This document shows, in pieces, positions 18,022 to 28,471 of a DNA stretch of 64,000 bases (the stretch's first letter is position 1; each line of letters begins with the position of its first letter). This DNA is from Candidatus Bathyarchaeota archaeon. GTDB taxonomy: Archaea > Thermoproteota > Bathyarchaeia > Bathyarchaeales > Bathycorpusculaceae. Position numbers and translations under genes: made by a program. The notes beneath the pieces are model-generated. The model did no database searches. It saw nothing but the letters and a program-made list of their open reading frames with translations, and had not been told where the DNA came from. The stretch spans positions 256,001 to 320,000 of the forward strand of contig CAWAKC010000007.1 in the NCBI GenBank assembly GCA_963782525.1, read 5' to 3'.

Positions 18022-18303
18022 TTGAAAAACTCTAAAATCATAAGCAAATTAGCCCGTTACTTCTCAATCGTATCCTTTGTTTTCGTCATTTTATCCGCAA
18101 TCATAACATTTTATCTTTTACAAATTGGAAGCCCCACCGCACCAATCGAATACGTTGTGTTTGTTATTTTATCAAGTATAGTTCCATACCTGTTCATAGC
18201 GGTGCTTTCATTGGTAATTGCCATTTTGGCGGGTGGAATGAAAACAGATAGCTCAGAAAAAGAGGCGCAATCTCCAGCCCAGCCTGAAGCGGTTAACGCC
18301 TAA
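18022..18303 (+). CDS. small 2-TM membrane protein
   Basis: 93 aa with two TM helices and an upstream GGTG RBS-like element. Confidence 0.6.
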   Translation: MKNSKIISKLARYFSIVSFVFVILSAIITFYLLQIGSPTAPIEYVVFVILSSIVPYLFIAVLSLVIAILAGGMKTDSSEKEAQSPAQPEAVNA

Positions 18304-18374
18304 TTATTTTCTTTTGGAACTAATTCTAGAAAACACAAAAAAGGGAAAAAAGACCTAAATTCCCTCGCCAACAC

Positions 18375-20324
18375 TTACATTTTTTCTGGCGCAACCACGC
18401 CAATCAAGTTTAGTGCGTTATGTATAACGGTTTTTATGGCTTCTGTGAGCGCTATGCGTGCGTCGCGTAACTCCTGCGAATCTGCTTTGATAACCGGCAA
18501 TGCGTTGTAGAATGTGTTGAACTTGTCCGCTAACACGTTCGCGTAGTCTGCTATCATGTTGGGTTTGAGGTATTCTGTAGCTTCGATGAACATATCTGGG
18601 AACCCTGCGAGATTCAATATGAGTTCGCGCTCGAGCTTTTCGGTTAGCAACTCGTAGGCTGGTTTTTCAGGTTCACGAGCAGCTTTACGTAGAATGCTAC
18701 AGGCTCTTGCATGGGTATATTGAACGTAGGGTGCGCTATTGGTTTCGAAGTTGAGGACGCGTTCCCAAGTGAACACTACAGGCTTTGACGGGTCAACATC
18801 CACGAGTGCATAGCGAACCGCTCCCAACCCGACGAACTCGGCGATTTTATGTTTCTCCTCCTCTGACAGAATCGGGGACCGCTTCGAAACTTCTTCGTAA
18901 GCCCGTTGAACCGCTTCGGTCAAAACCTCATCGAATGTGATGTAGTGCCCTCTTCTGCTGCTCATCTTGTAACCCGGTAAGGTGACCAGGTTATAGGCAA
19001 AATGCACCAGATTCTCGGCGAATTCGCTGTAGCCCATTGCATACAGAGAGATTTTTAGCTGCAACTGTGCCAAAGACTGCTCCATACCGATAACGTTAAT
19101 GACTTTTTGGGCTTTTTTAAACTTCCAGAGGGTGTAGGCGATGTCGCGGGTGGTGTAGAGTGTGGTTCCGTCAGCGCGTCCAAGAGTTAATGGCGGAACT
19201 TCGTTGTTCGGGCTTAAACCCAACTTTGCCTTCAACCCAAGGGTCTGAACAACTTTTTCTGCGTCAAACTCCAAAACACCCTTCTCATTGTAAACAAAAG
19301 GGGTCGCCCTCAGCTTCGCCAACACATCGTTTACTTGCGTACTCCAGACAAAGTCGCTTTCCCAATCCCACGAATCGTAGGTAACGCTAACGCGTTTCAT
19401 GGTTTCGCGGAACCCTTCGAGGCATAGGTCGCTGACATCACGGATGAGTTTTTTGGCGTTTGGTTCGCCGTCTTCGTAGGCGCAGTTTAAACGTTTGATT
19501 TCTTCTTCAGGGTTTTCATCTTGGCTGATTTGCGCAGTTAATGCTTCAAAGAGCACTGGATATTTTTCTTTAAGCTCAGCGGCTATGGACATCCATTCAT
19601 CGATTTCCTTGTTTGCCTTAACTAAATCATCAGCTGAATGGATGGCTATGGCGTTTTCGCGGACTTTTTTGAGGCGGTTAATTTCGACTAGGCAGCTGGT
19701 TACGGTGTAGATTTTTCCGACGAAAAGGTCTGCTTTCTCGGTTGGTTTTGGTCTTCCTATCTTAGCATAACCATATGCGACAACAGATGATTGTCGTCCA
19801 ACATCGTCAATGTAGTAGTGCCTTGAAACCTGATGCCCACGATACTGGAGAATCCGCGCTAAAGCATCACCCAACATAGGGTTGCGTGCCTGACCAATGT
19901 GGATTGGATGCAGCGGGTTAACGCTGGTGTGTTCCACTATGATTTTTTTGGGTTCCTCAGTCTTGACAAAGCCGTAATCAACCCCCAACTTCTTAACCGA
20001 ATCTAAAGTTAGTTCGGAGAATTTTGCGAATTTAACGTGGAAGTTTATGTATCCTGCACCTGCAGGTGCAACCTTCTCGATAAGATTGAAGCTTGATTTG
20101 TCCATGGCATCCACAAGCTGCTGAGCTAAAGCGAGTGGTTTCTGGCCAAGTTTCTTTGCCAACTCAAAACAGAGCGATGAGGCAAGCTGTCCGTAGTCGA
20201 TGTTGGGTGTCTTGTTTAGGGTGAGGGTTGGTTGTTGGATTTCTGGCAGGGTTTTCTTTAGCGCATTGGCTAGGGCTGTTTGGCATTCTTGGCGAAACTG
20301 ATCGAAGGGATTCTGTGAGACCAT
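18375..20324 (-). CDS. argS: arginine--tRNA ligase
   Basis: EHTSVNPLHPIHIGQARN (HIGH), RADGTTLYTTRD, KMSSRRG, APYVQYTHARACSIL. Confidence 0.97.
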   Translation of the reverse strand: MVSQNPFDQFRQECQTALANALKKTLPEIQQPTLTLNKTPNIDYGQLASSLCFELAKKLGQKPLALAQQLVDAMDKSSFNLIEKVAPAGAGYINFHVKFAKFSELTLDSVKKLGVDYGFVKTEEPKKIIVEHTSVNPLHPIHIGQARNPMLGDALARILQYRGHQVSRHYYIDDVGRQSSVVAYGYAKIGRPKPTEKADLFVGKIYTVTSCLVEINRLKKVRENAIAIHSADDLVKANKEIDEWMSIAAELKEKYPVLFEALTAQISQDENPEEEIKRLNCAYEDGEPNAKKLIRDVSDLCLEGFRETMKRVSVTYDSWDWESDFVWSTQVNDVLAKLRATPFVYNEKGVLEFDAEKVVQTLGLKAKLGLSPNNEVPPLTLGRADGTTLYTTRDIAYTLWKFKKAQKVINVIGMEQSLAQLQLKISLYAMGYSEFAENLVHFAYNLVTLPGYKMSSRRGHYITFDEVLTEAVQRAYEEVSKRSPILSEEEKHKIAEFVGLGAVRYALVDVDPSKPVVFTWERVLNFETNSAPYVQYTHARACSILRKAAREPEKPAYELLTEKLERELILNLAGFPDMFIEATEYLKPNMIADYANVLADKFNTFYNALPVIKADSQELRDARIALTEAIKTVIHNALNLIGVVAPEKM

Positions 20325-20421
20325 GAACTTTTTTCTCCAATTGCTGTGTTAAGAGTAACTTGACTAGTTATGTTTTTTAAATGTGAAAGCGTACTTATGT
20401 GTCTAATGGATGCAGTTAGCG

Positions 20422-21276
20422 ATGAAAACAAAAATAGTCTATTCAGAGAAATGTTTAGGCTATGGCACATGGCACATAGAAGGACCCCAACGAGTAAAAG
20501 TCGCACATGACATTTTGAAGGGTAAGGGTTACGGGTTTATGGAGCCAAAGCCAGCAAACGACGAAGAACTCTTAACAGTTCACGACGCTGATTACCTCTT
20601 TAACATAAAAAAGGGATTGGTTGAAGATTCGGACACCCCAGCATACGCCAATATCTACGAGTTCGCAAGACTCTCCGTTGGCGGAGCGCTATTGGCCAGT
20701 AAAATCAACGGTTTTTCTCTTATGCGTCCACCTGGACATCACGTGGGAAGATATGGGGCAGCTTTGGGTTCTACAACTCGGGGTTTCTGCTACCTAAACA
20801 ACATCGCCATAGCCGTCAAAGAATCAAGAAAACGCACATTAATCTTGGACATCGATGGACACCACGGAAACGGGACACAGGAAATCTTTCAAGGGGATGA
20901 AAAAGTTGCTTACATATCGCTTCATCAATCACCCAATTACCCTGGAACAGGCCACTTCACCGAAGGCAACTGCATCAACTACGCATTGCCAAGCAATTTA
21001 GGCGGAAAACAATACATAGAAACACTCGACAAAGCATTAGGCACGATTGATTTAGCCAAGTTCGAAGCAGTTGCCGTTTCCGCGGGCTTCGATACCCACC
21101 AGGGCGATTTAGCAAGTTTAGGCTTACTCGACAAGGATTATTTTGAGATTGGAAAAAGAGTTGCCCAACTTAAAAAACCCGCATTCTTTGTACTGGAAGG
21201 CGGTTACGTTGGTGAAAAGGTTGGGTTGGACATTGATAGTTTTTTGAGGGGTTATGAAGAAAACTGGAAAGAATAG
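20422..21276 (+). CDS. histone deacetylase/acetylpolyamine amidohydrolase family protein
   Basis: RPPGHH, GFCYLNN, DIDGHHGNGTQ, SAGFD, LEGGY. Confidence 0.92.
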   Translation: MKTKIVYSEKCLGYGTWHIEGPQRVKVAHDILKGKGYGFMEPKPANDEELLTVHDADYLFNIKKGLVEDSDTPAYANIYEFARLSVGGALLASKINGFSLMRPPGHHVGRYGAALGSTTRGFCYLNNIAIAVKESRKRTLILDIDGHHGNGTQEIFQGDEKVAYISLHQSPNYPGTGHFTEGNCINYALPSNLGGKQYIETLDKALGTIDLAKFEAVAVSAGFDTHQGDLASLGLLDKDYFEIGKRVAQLKKPAFFVLEGGYVGEKVGLDIDSFLRGYEENWKE

Positions 21277-21287
21277 AGAGATTGTTT

Positions 21288-21905
21288 CTATTTTTTTGCT
21301 TTTACTTTTTTGTTCAAAGCTTCTAGTTTTTCTGTTATTACCCCTGAACGCTTCTCTGCAATAGCCAGAAATGGTTTCCAGTCCTTGTTCTTGATGCTAA
21401 CGGTTATTTTTTCAATTTGTTCTGACAAAGTTGATAATGAGTCGTTAAAACGTTTTTCTGCTTCTGCATCCGAATCCACAATTGCTAATGCTTCTTCTGG
21501 ACAAGATGAAACGCATTGTGGCTCACCCTTACAAAGGTCGCATGCGATCGCCTTTCCAGTATCTGCATGTATAGTTATTCCGCCGTGATCACAAGCTTGA
21601 ACGCACCAGTCGCAACCTTTACACTTATTTTCGTCGATTATTAACAGGCCTGTATCCTCTGCTTGTGAAAGCGCCCGTTCCGGACATGCTTTTACACATT
21701 TCGCATCTTTGCAGCCTCTGCAAGACAATGCAAAGTTGAGCACTGGCGCCATCCGAACTACTCTAATTCTGGAGCGGATTGGATTCCAAGTGTTTTCACC
21801 TTTTTCTACGGTGCAAGCATATTCACAAATCCCGCATCCAATGCATTTGCCTGGGTCAACTGAAATGAATTTTCGTTGTTGAGTTTTAGCAGACATTGTT
21901 ACCAA
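21288..21905 (-). CDS. 4Fe-4S dicluster electron-transfer protein
   Basis: Four Cys clusters (CIGCGICEYAC, CRGC..AKCVKACP, CKGCDWCVQAC, CDLC...CVSSCP). Confidence 0.9.
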   Translation of the reverse strand: MVTMSAKTQQRKFISVDPGKCIGCGICEYACTVEKGENTWNPIRSRIRVVRMAPVLNFALSCRGCKDAKCVKACPERALSQAEDTGLLIIDENKCKGCDWCVQACDHGGITIHADTGKAIACDLCKGEPQCVSSCPEEALAIVDSDAEAEKRFNDSLSTLSEQIEKITVSIKNKDWKPFLAIAEKRSGVITEKLEALNKKVKAKK

Positions 21906-22075
21906 ACCTTCTTCGGCGTTAAAGTAACACTGTGCATCATTTGCTTTTAACCGTTACTTAAAAAAACCACCAATTCCAAGTAAAAACCAGATAACCAATG
22001 GTTGAACTGAAGTGTTCAGAAAAAACTATAGAACCCTTATGTATAGAGTTAAGGGCTAAAAATAGTCAAAACGGG

Positions 22076-22284
22076 CTATTTTTGTGGAGGTCTGGGCGGC
22101 CAAGGCGTTTCAGAATGAAGTTTTCCGCCTGAAGCCCAATTCTCCTTGGACTCCTCAGAAATTATGATTGTAGTTGCTTGACTTGGAATACCTAGGCTCT
22201 CCATCACTTTGGTATTCCTTCAACCATTTTCTTCTTATTCTCTAAGCTCATACCGGCCCATACTGTAACTTGCAAAACAGGCAC
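22076..22284 (-). pseudogene. 4-oxalocrotonate tautomerase family protein with single-base deletion near 22213 (absent from ORF track)
   Basis: Reconstructs as (M)PVLQVTVWAGMSLENKKKMVEGI[T]KVMESLGIPSQATTIIISEESKENWASGGKLHSE. Pro-1 and the ENW.xGG motif are present. Length is 209 nt, i.e. 70 codons minus 1 base. Confidence 0.75.
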
Positions 22285-22333
22285 AAACATCACCAAAATA
22301 TCAAGACACGCGCATAATAATAAAATTTTTTAT

Positions 22334-22365
22334 AGTGTGAGGGGTGTGATTTTGAACCCTCAGAA
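22334..22365 (-). repeat. degenerate direct repeat of tRNA-Leu 3' end (att-like remnant)
   Basis: AGTGTGAGGGGTGTGATTTTGAACCCTCAGAA versus tRNA AGTGCGGAGGGTGGGATTTGAACCCACGAA, about 25 of 32 columns identical. Confidence 0.5.
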
Positions 22366-22672
22366 GACCCGAGGATTACTGAGAATTAATTAGCCCGCGA
22401 TAGGCGCCTTTTTTATAGATGGATTTGGAAAGAACAAAAACAGTTGCGAATGGTTTATTGTTGTTCTTTCAACTCTACTGAACTGAAAGAAGAAGGTTAG
22501 AAAATTTGCTCTTCTTCTACCCATTAAATGGTTATTTTCATTTATCGGTAAAACACTCATGGAAGACAGGCCATCGAAGTACCGAAGGCACCTAGTTAAA
22601 GGCAAATGTTGGTGCGGAGGGAGAGCTTTACACTGTCGTTGAAAACTATCATCTCACAGATGCTTATCAAAA

Positions 22673-23041
22673 CTATCTTGACTCGTCGTCTTCAACATCC
22701 ATGGCTTCGCGAATTAACTCAACATCCCGAACGAGCATCTTCTTGTTAGTAGCCTTTAAAACCAAACGTTCTTGCCAGCCGCAATCGGGGCACTCATAAC
22801 TCGGAGGCAGCATCCCTAAGTGACCCCACATATCGCCTCCCGTGCTTTTTGCTCTCTGAACTTTAGGGCTCTTACATTTGGGGCATACCTGAATATCGAG
22901 GCGAATCCCCTGCTTTTCTAGCTCTTCTAGAGCCTGAGTGACCTCAACCGCTTTTTGGATTGCTGCTTCTTCTTGCACCTGTTCAAGTGCAGAGAGCTGC
23001 TGCTTCCTTCGTTTTTTCTTCCGTACTTGGGGGTCAGCCAT
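22673..23041 (-). CDS. zinc-ribbon protein (CPKC...CPDC) with basic N-terminus
   Basis: 122 aa with two CxxC pairs and an RKKKRRK stretch. Confidence 0.7.
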   Translation of the reverse strand: MADPQVRKKKRRKQQLSALEQVQEEAAIQKAVEVTQALEELEKQGIRLDIQVCPKCKSPKVQRAKSTGGDMWGHLGMLPPSYECPDCGWQERLVLKATNKKMLVRDVELIREAMDVEDDESR

Positions 23042-23244
23042 TTCTCACTCAACTTATACAGCCTGAATAATGGTTAGCTTTAAGAAAAAGTTTTCTGGCA
23101 CAATAATTTACAATTAGTACAGTGGTTTAAAGAATGTAATAAATAGTTGAATTGCGAACCTTTGCAGGATTCTATTTGAACCTAAAAACTGCTGCCGAAA
23201 CAATATTACTCATCATGCTGGCGCTTTCCGTCTGCTTCACAGCA

Positions 23245-23536
23245 GCATCTTCTACGTCCAACACAGTTCTTTCACACAGACGGATATGAAGTTAATTTAA
23301 CTTGTGAGGCACGAAACGAGAGCCAAAATTCTGACAATTTTAGCTCGAATGGCTCAGCTCTTCATAAGGACATAGCACACAGTGTTGGAATTTCTTCGCA
23401 AGCTTTGACTTGGCGGATAAATCAACTCAAAAAGACAGGATTAATCAACGCAGAAAAAGCAGATATAAACATCAAATACAGTTTGAATGATGCAAAGGCG
23501 ATAAAAGTTATCCTCATTCTAACCAATACCTTTTAA
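23245..23536 (+). pseudogene. winged helix-turn-helix regulator fragment
   Basis: MKLI*LVRHETRAKILTILA / NGSALHKDIAHSVGISSQALTWRINQLKKTGLI has an internal stop and a frameshift. The 5' limit is approximate. Confidence 0.6.
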
Positions 23537-23820
23537 ATGAATTGGGTTAAAGCTTCTTTGAACATACTTACTTTAAAAAATTGAGCTACACATTTCTTTT
23601 GCGTTAGCCTAGAATACGATTGCTGACACTTTTCAAGAAGTTTATGGCTCACTCAATTGTTTTAGCAAAGGATACTTATTGATTCACAAAACCTTTTGTA
23701 AAAAATGACAGTTCAAACGCTCAAACAAAATCTGAAACAACCCTCGTTTTGATGTTGTTTTTCTACAGTTTTACGCTCAGAACAGGCTTAAAATGAGCAT
23801 AATTACCGTCTGAAGAAGAG

Positions 23821-23905
23821 TGCGGAGGGTGGGATTTGAACCCACGAACCCCTGCGGGATAGGAGCCTCAGTCCTACGCCTTTGGCCATGCTGGGCGACC
23901 TCCGC
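23821..23905 (-). tRNA. tRNA-Leu(GAG)
   Basis: GCGGAGG acceptor stem, anticodon arm TAGGA-CTGAGGC-TCCTA, long variable arm, GGTTCAAATCC T-loop and discriminator A. No encoded CCA and no intron. Confidence 0.96.
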
Positions 23906-24066
23906 GTTGTGTTGCGGAAATATAGGAACAGGGCTCATTTAAAGGCTTTACTTTATGTTTGGGCGGAAGTGTTTTAGGTTGAGTTTGTTATAGTGTTTTA
24001 TGCGGTTGTAGTGGTAAGGTTTAAACCACAGCAACCCATAACGCTGTTATAAAATAAGGTGTTAAA

Positions 24067-24999
24067 ATGAAAATCAACAAAACAGTCCTCGAAACAATAG
24101 GAAAAACACCCCTCGTCCAAATAAACAAACTAACCCAAGGCGCAGGCGCAACCGTCGTCGCCAAATTGGAAGCCAGAAACCCAGGCGGCAGCGTCAAAGA
24201 CCGCATCTGCCTAAGCATGATAGAGGAAGCAGAAAAACAAGGCATAATAAAACCCGACGCAACCCTCATCGAACCCACAAGCGGCAACACCGGCATCGGC
24301 TTAGCCATGGTCGCAGCAGTAAAAGGCTACAAACTAATCCTCACCATGCCCGAAACAATGAGCATAGAACGCCGCAACCTCCTAAAAGCATATGGAGCTC
24401 AGCTCGTCCTAACCCCAGGACCAGAAGGTATGGGCGGAGCCATAAAAAAAGCTGAAGACCTCGTCAAAGCCACACCTAACAGCTTCATGCCCCAACAATT
24501 CAAAAACCTAGCCAACCCCAAAATCCACAGGGAAACGACTGGACCAGAAATTTGGGAAGACACCGACGGCAAAGTAGACATCGTCGTCGCGGGAGTGGGG
24601 ACGGGCGGAACCATAACAGGCATAGCCCAGTCCATCAAGCCCCAGAAACCGGAGTTTAAAGCGGTCGCGGTTGAGCCTGCTTCATCGCCTGTGTTGAGCG
24701 GGGGACAGAAAGGACCACACAAAATCCAAGGAATAGGCGCAGGCTTCAGACCCGACGTGTTAAAACTTGACTTGGTAGATGAAATATTCAAGGTAACAGA
24801 TGACCAGGCACTGCAAACGGCAAGGCAGCTAGCTCAAAAAGAGGGCTTACTCGTCGGCATATCGTCTGGAGCCGCAGCTTACGCTGCCATAGAAATCGCG
24901 AAACGCCCCGAAAACAAGGGTAAACTCATAGTCGTTATTCTCCCTGATACGGGCGAACGTTACTTAAGCACCGTTCTCTTCCAAGAACCAACTGGCTAA
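24067..24999 (+). CDS. cysK: cysteine synthase A
   Basis: [14 protein letters not shown] (PLP Lys), [32 protein letters not shown]. Confidence 0.96.
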   Translation: MKINKTVLETIGKTPLVQINKLTQGAGATVVAKLEARNPGGSVKDRICLSMIEEAEKQGIIKPDATLIEPTSGNTGIGLAMVAAVKGYKLILTMPETMSIERRNLLKAYGAQLVLTPGPEGMGGAIKKAEDLVKATPNSFMPQQFKNLANPKIHRETTGPEIWEDTDGKVDIVVAGVGTGGTITGIAQSIKPQKPEFKAVAVEPASSPVLSGGQKGPHKIQGIGAGFRPDVLKLDLVDEIFKVTDDQALQTARQLAQKEGLLVGISSGAAAYAAIEIAKRPENKGKLIVVILPDTGERYLSTVLFQEPTG

Positions 25000-25074
25000 A
25001 ACATCCAAACCGCGTCGAAAAGACGCTTTTCTTATATTCCCCCCTTTTCACATAGTCTAACTAAGGGAAACCAA

Positions 25075-26139
25075 ATGTCCGCAAACCCAAACCAGCCTAT
25101 ACCGAAAGAATGCCATGAATGCAAAGACAAAAACTTGATGAACGATTGCTGGAATCCAGACCGCATGTTAGCCACGCTTATGCATAATCATGACAAAGTG
25201 GAACAAGACTGGGTTGAAACTCGAGTGCCAAAGCTAGTAGACGAAATCATGACTAGTTACCAAAAATATGGTGGTATGGACCATCTTGAAGGGCGAGACC
25301 TGCCTTCAAAAAAAGTGGTCATCGAAGTTTTAGAAGATTTATTCATGGTTCTTTTTCCCGGCTACCTAGGCGATTCAGAAATCACCAAAGCCAACATAAA
25401 GTATCATTTGGGCACCACTTTAACCTCTGTTTCCACCCGACTCACGGAGGAAGTCGAGCGGAGCCTAAAGTACATCTGCAGAAAAATCAGCGGATGCCCA
25501 CAGGACGTATGCCAAAAACGCGCTCACGTAGTAGTTAAGGAGCTGCTTGAAAAACTTCCGGAAATCCGCGCAATGCTAAGCGGCGACATCCAAGCAGCCT
25601 ACAGCGGCGACCCAGCAGCAGTAAGCACCGAAGAAGTCATCTTAAGTTACCCCTGCGTGTTGGCAATAACTACTTACCGAATAGCACATGAACTCTACCT
25701 GGCCGGAGTACCCTTAATTCCCCGCATAATGAGCGAACATCTGCACTCCTTAACAGGCATCGATATTCATCCAGGCGCAAAAATCGGCAAAAACTTCTTC
25801 ATCGACCACGGAACAGGCGTCGTCATCGGCGAAACCGCAGAAATCGGCGACAACGTAAAACTCTACCAAGGCGTAACATTGGGTGCACTGAGTTTTCCAA
25901 AAGATGAGAAGGGCAACATAATCAAAGGACGCAAACGCCACCCAACCGTCGGAAATAACGTTGTCATTTACTCAGGTGCAACGTTGCTTGGAGCGGAAAC
26001 TGTCATCGGCGACAATGTAGTCATCGGCGGAAATGTCTGGATAACGGGTCCTGTCGCGCCTGGAACAAAAATCACCATTGCTCAACCAGAACAAAAATAC
26101 AAGATGGAAAATCACCACTCAGAAAAAACTAAGCCCTAA
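25075..26139 (+). CDS. cysE: serine O-acetyltransferase (long EpsC-type)
   Basis: [46 protein letters not shown]. Confidence 0.93.
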   Translation: MSANPNQPIPKECHECKDKNLMNDCWNPDRMLATLMHNHDKVEQDWVETRVPKLVDEIMTSYQKYGGMDHLEGRDLPSKKVVIEVLEDLFMVLFPGYLGDSEITKANIKYHLGTTLTSVSTRLTEEVERSLKYICRKISGCPQDVCQKRAHVVVKELLEKLPEIRAMLSGDIQAAYSGDPAAVSTEEVILSYPCVLAITTYRIAHELYLAGVPLIPRIMSEHLHSLTGIDIHPGAKIGKNFFIDHGTGVVIGETAEIGDNVKLYQGVTLGALSFPKDEKGNIIKGRKRHPTVGNNVVIYSGATLLGAETVIGDNVVIGGNVWITGPVAPGTKITIAQPEQKYKMENHHSEKTKP

Positions 26140-26155
26140 ATTGTAGGGCTCTGTT

Positions 26156-26599
26156 TTAGAGCAGTCGGAAGTTTTCTTTCACAGTCGTTAAGACTACATG
26201 AGTGTTTGTGCGTTCAATGTATGGGAGTGAGAGCAGTTTTTTGGTGAAGGCGCCTAGGTCTTCGCGGCTTTTGAATTTTGCGACGATGATGGCGTCGGTT
26301 AAGCCCGTGACGTCGTAGACTCCGCAGACGTTGGGGATTTTGGCTATTTCGTTTTCGGTTTCGACGAGCCTGCCTTTAGAAACGGTGATTTCGGTGACTA
26401 CTGTTAGTTGGTAGCCCAGTTTTTCATGGTCCAAAATAACAGAGTATCCTTTGATTAAGCCGTCATCTTCCATCTTTTTTATTCTGGATAAGACTGTGCC
26501 GACTGAAACGCCAACGTTCTTGGCGATTTGTCTGCTTGAGAACCTTGCATCCTCCAATAGACCTTTAAGTATTTTTACGTCGGTTTCGTTTAATTCCAT
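26156..26599 (-). CDS. Lrp/AsnC family transcriptional regulator
   Basis: D.KIL..L..DAR.S...IAK.VGVS..TV..RIKKME..G.IKGY, followed by a RAM domain (VYDVTG). Confidence 0.93.
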   Translation of the reverse strand: MELNETDVKILKGLLEDARFSSRQIAKNVGVSVGTVLSRIKKMEDDGLIKGYSVILDHEKLGYQLTVVTEITVSKGRLVETENEIAKIPNVCGVYDVTGLTDAIIVAKFKSREDLGAFTKKLLSLPYIERTNTHVVLTTVKENFRLL

Positions 26600-26809
26600 A
26601 ACTATCTTTCCTGCACGTTCTTTCAATTAAAGCCTATTTTTTGGGACAGCCTTTTGATAATCATATGATTAAGTTAATAAAAGTTTAGTAATTTGGGCTA
26701 AGCAACGGAGCCTTAATTAACGCAACAAACCGAAAAAACATGTTTTTAGCTGTAAATAGATAGTAATCTTAAATTATAGCCTAAACCCCAATAGTTCTGA
26801 GCCACTGCA

Positions 26810-28360
26810 ATGCAAGCGAAATACGATACCATACTCGTCTTGGACTTCGGCGGGCAATACTGCCATCTTATAGGCAGAAGAATCAGAGAGCACGGCGTTT
26901 ACTCAGAAATCGTTCCACACGACATCTCACCCGAAGAAGTGGCGACTCTAAACGAGAAATTCAACGTTAAAGGCTTAATTTTTTCAGGCGGACCCTCAAG
27001 CGTCTACGATCTAAATGCACCTAAACTTCACCCACGCATCTTAGAGGTCAACCTGCCAATTTTGGGCTTGTGTTATGGGCATCAACTTTTAGCACAAATC
27101 ACGGGAAGCAAGGTTGAGCCTGCAGCTTGCAAAGAATACGGCATTGCACAAGTGGCAATCGACAAGCCAGTGGGCGTTTTGGAAGGGTTAGGTGATACTG
27201 AACAGGTTTGGATGAGTCATGGCGACACAGTCTTTGCGCCGCCAGCTGAATTCGAGGCACTCGCTCACACCGACAACTGCCCTGTCGCCGCATTTCGCCA
27301 CAAAACAAAACCAATCTACGGCCTACAATGGCACCCCGAAGTTATCCACACCCCAAACGGCATGCGCATGCTCCAAAACTTCATATTCCAAGTCTGTAAG
27401 TGCCAAGCCAACTGGCAGATGGAAGACCTCATACCGAAAATAGTCAAAGAACTCCAAACCGAAACAGGTGGAAGCACAGCGATAATAGGGTTAAGCGGCG
27501 GTATTGATTCCAGCGTCGCCACCGCACTTGCTGCACAAGCACTCGGCGACAGGTTAACTGCAGTCTACGTTGACCATGGTTTTATGCGGGAGGGCGAAAC
27601 AGAACAAATCCGCGAAGCCTTCGGAAAATTTAACATACGCTTCATCGTTGCCAACGCTCAAGAGCGGTTCATGGCTAAACTAAGGGGAGTCAGTGAACCT
27701 GAAACTAAGCGGAAGATTATGGGAGAAGAGTTCATCAGAGTTTTTGAGGAGTTTGCAATCGAATCAGGCGCCGAATACCTCATCCAAGGTACTATCTACC
27801 CAGACAGAATCGAGTCAGGCTTCAGGAAAAACTCAAATAAAATCAAGTCTCACCACAACGTTGCAGGTTTACCAGAGAAGATTAAGTTCAAAAAAATCCT
27901 CGAGCCCCTCCGCGACCTATACAAAGACGAAGTCCGAAAGGTTGCCAGAATGCTGGATTTGCCTAAAGAAATCGTGAATCGCCAGCCGTTTCCAGGACCA
28001 GGCTTAGCAGTGAGGATAATCGGCATTTTAGATGAGGAAAAAGTCTCAATCGCCAAGAAAGCCGACAAAATTGTCCGAGAAGAAATCGAGAAGAACAATT
28101 TAGCGGATAATCTTTGGCAATACTTTGCTGTGTTAACTGATACTAAAGCCACTGGTGTAAAAGGTGATGCACGCGCGTACGGCTACGTTGTGGCTGTTCG
28201 GGCGATGGAGAGCCGCGAGGCTATGACCGCCAGCTTCGCCAAGATACCATACCCAGTTTTGGAAAAGATTTCCACCCGAATAACAAACGAGATTCCCCAG
28301 GTTACCCGAGTGGTTTACGATGTTACTCATAAGCCTCCCGCAACCATTGAATGGGAATAA
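26810..28360 (+). CDS. guaA: GMP synthase (fused glutaminase + ATPPase)
   Basis: LDFGGQY, GLCYGHQ, QWHPEV, SGGIDSS, KSHHNV, RQPFPGPGLAVR, KPPATIEWE. Confidence 0.97.
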   Translation: MQAKYDTILVLDFGGQYCHLIGRRIREHGVYSEIVPHDISPEEVATLNEKFNVKGLIFSGGPSSVYDLNAPKLHPRILEVNLPILGLCYGHQLLAQITGSKVEPAACKEYGIAQVAIDKPVGVLEGLGDTEQVWMSHGDTVFAPPAEFEALAHTDNCPVAAFRHKTKPIYGLQWHPEVIHTPNGMRMLQNFIFQVCKCQANWQMEDLIPKIVKELQTETGGSTAIIGLSGGIDSSVATALAAQALGDRLTAVYVDHGFMREGETEQIREAFGKFNIRFIVANAQERFMAKLRGVSEPETKRKIMGEEFIRVFEEFAIESGAEYLIQGTIYPDRIESGFRKNSNKIKSHHNVAGLPEKIKFKKILEPLRDLYKDEVRKVARMLDLPKEIVNRQPFPGPGLAVRIIGILDEEKVSIAKKADKIVREEIEKNNLADNLWQYFAVLTDTKATGVKGDARAYGYVVAVRAMESREAMTASFAKIPYPVLEKISTRITNEIPQVTRVVYDVTHKPPATIEWE

Positions 28361-28471
28361 TACCGAGTTTCAACATTTTGATGACTTAAAAACCGACGAT
28401 ACGACCTACGTCCTATAGGTTTCTGTATAGAACTGCTATTGGATCCCTGATGGGTTGGTAAAATTCAGCCG

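Noticed and set aside
22390-22605. 71-aa ORF near the att-like remnant
   Set aside because: No motifs and a weak start. It looks like debris in a decayed region.
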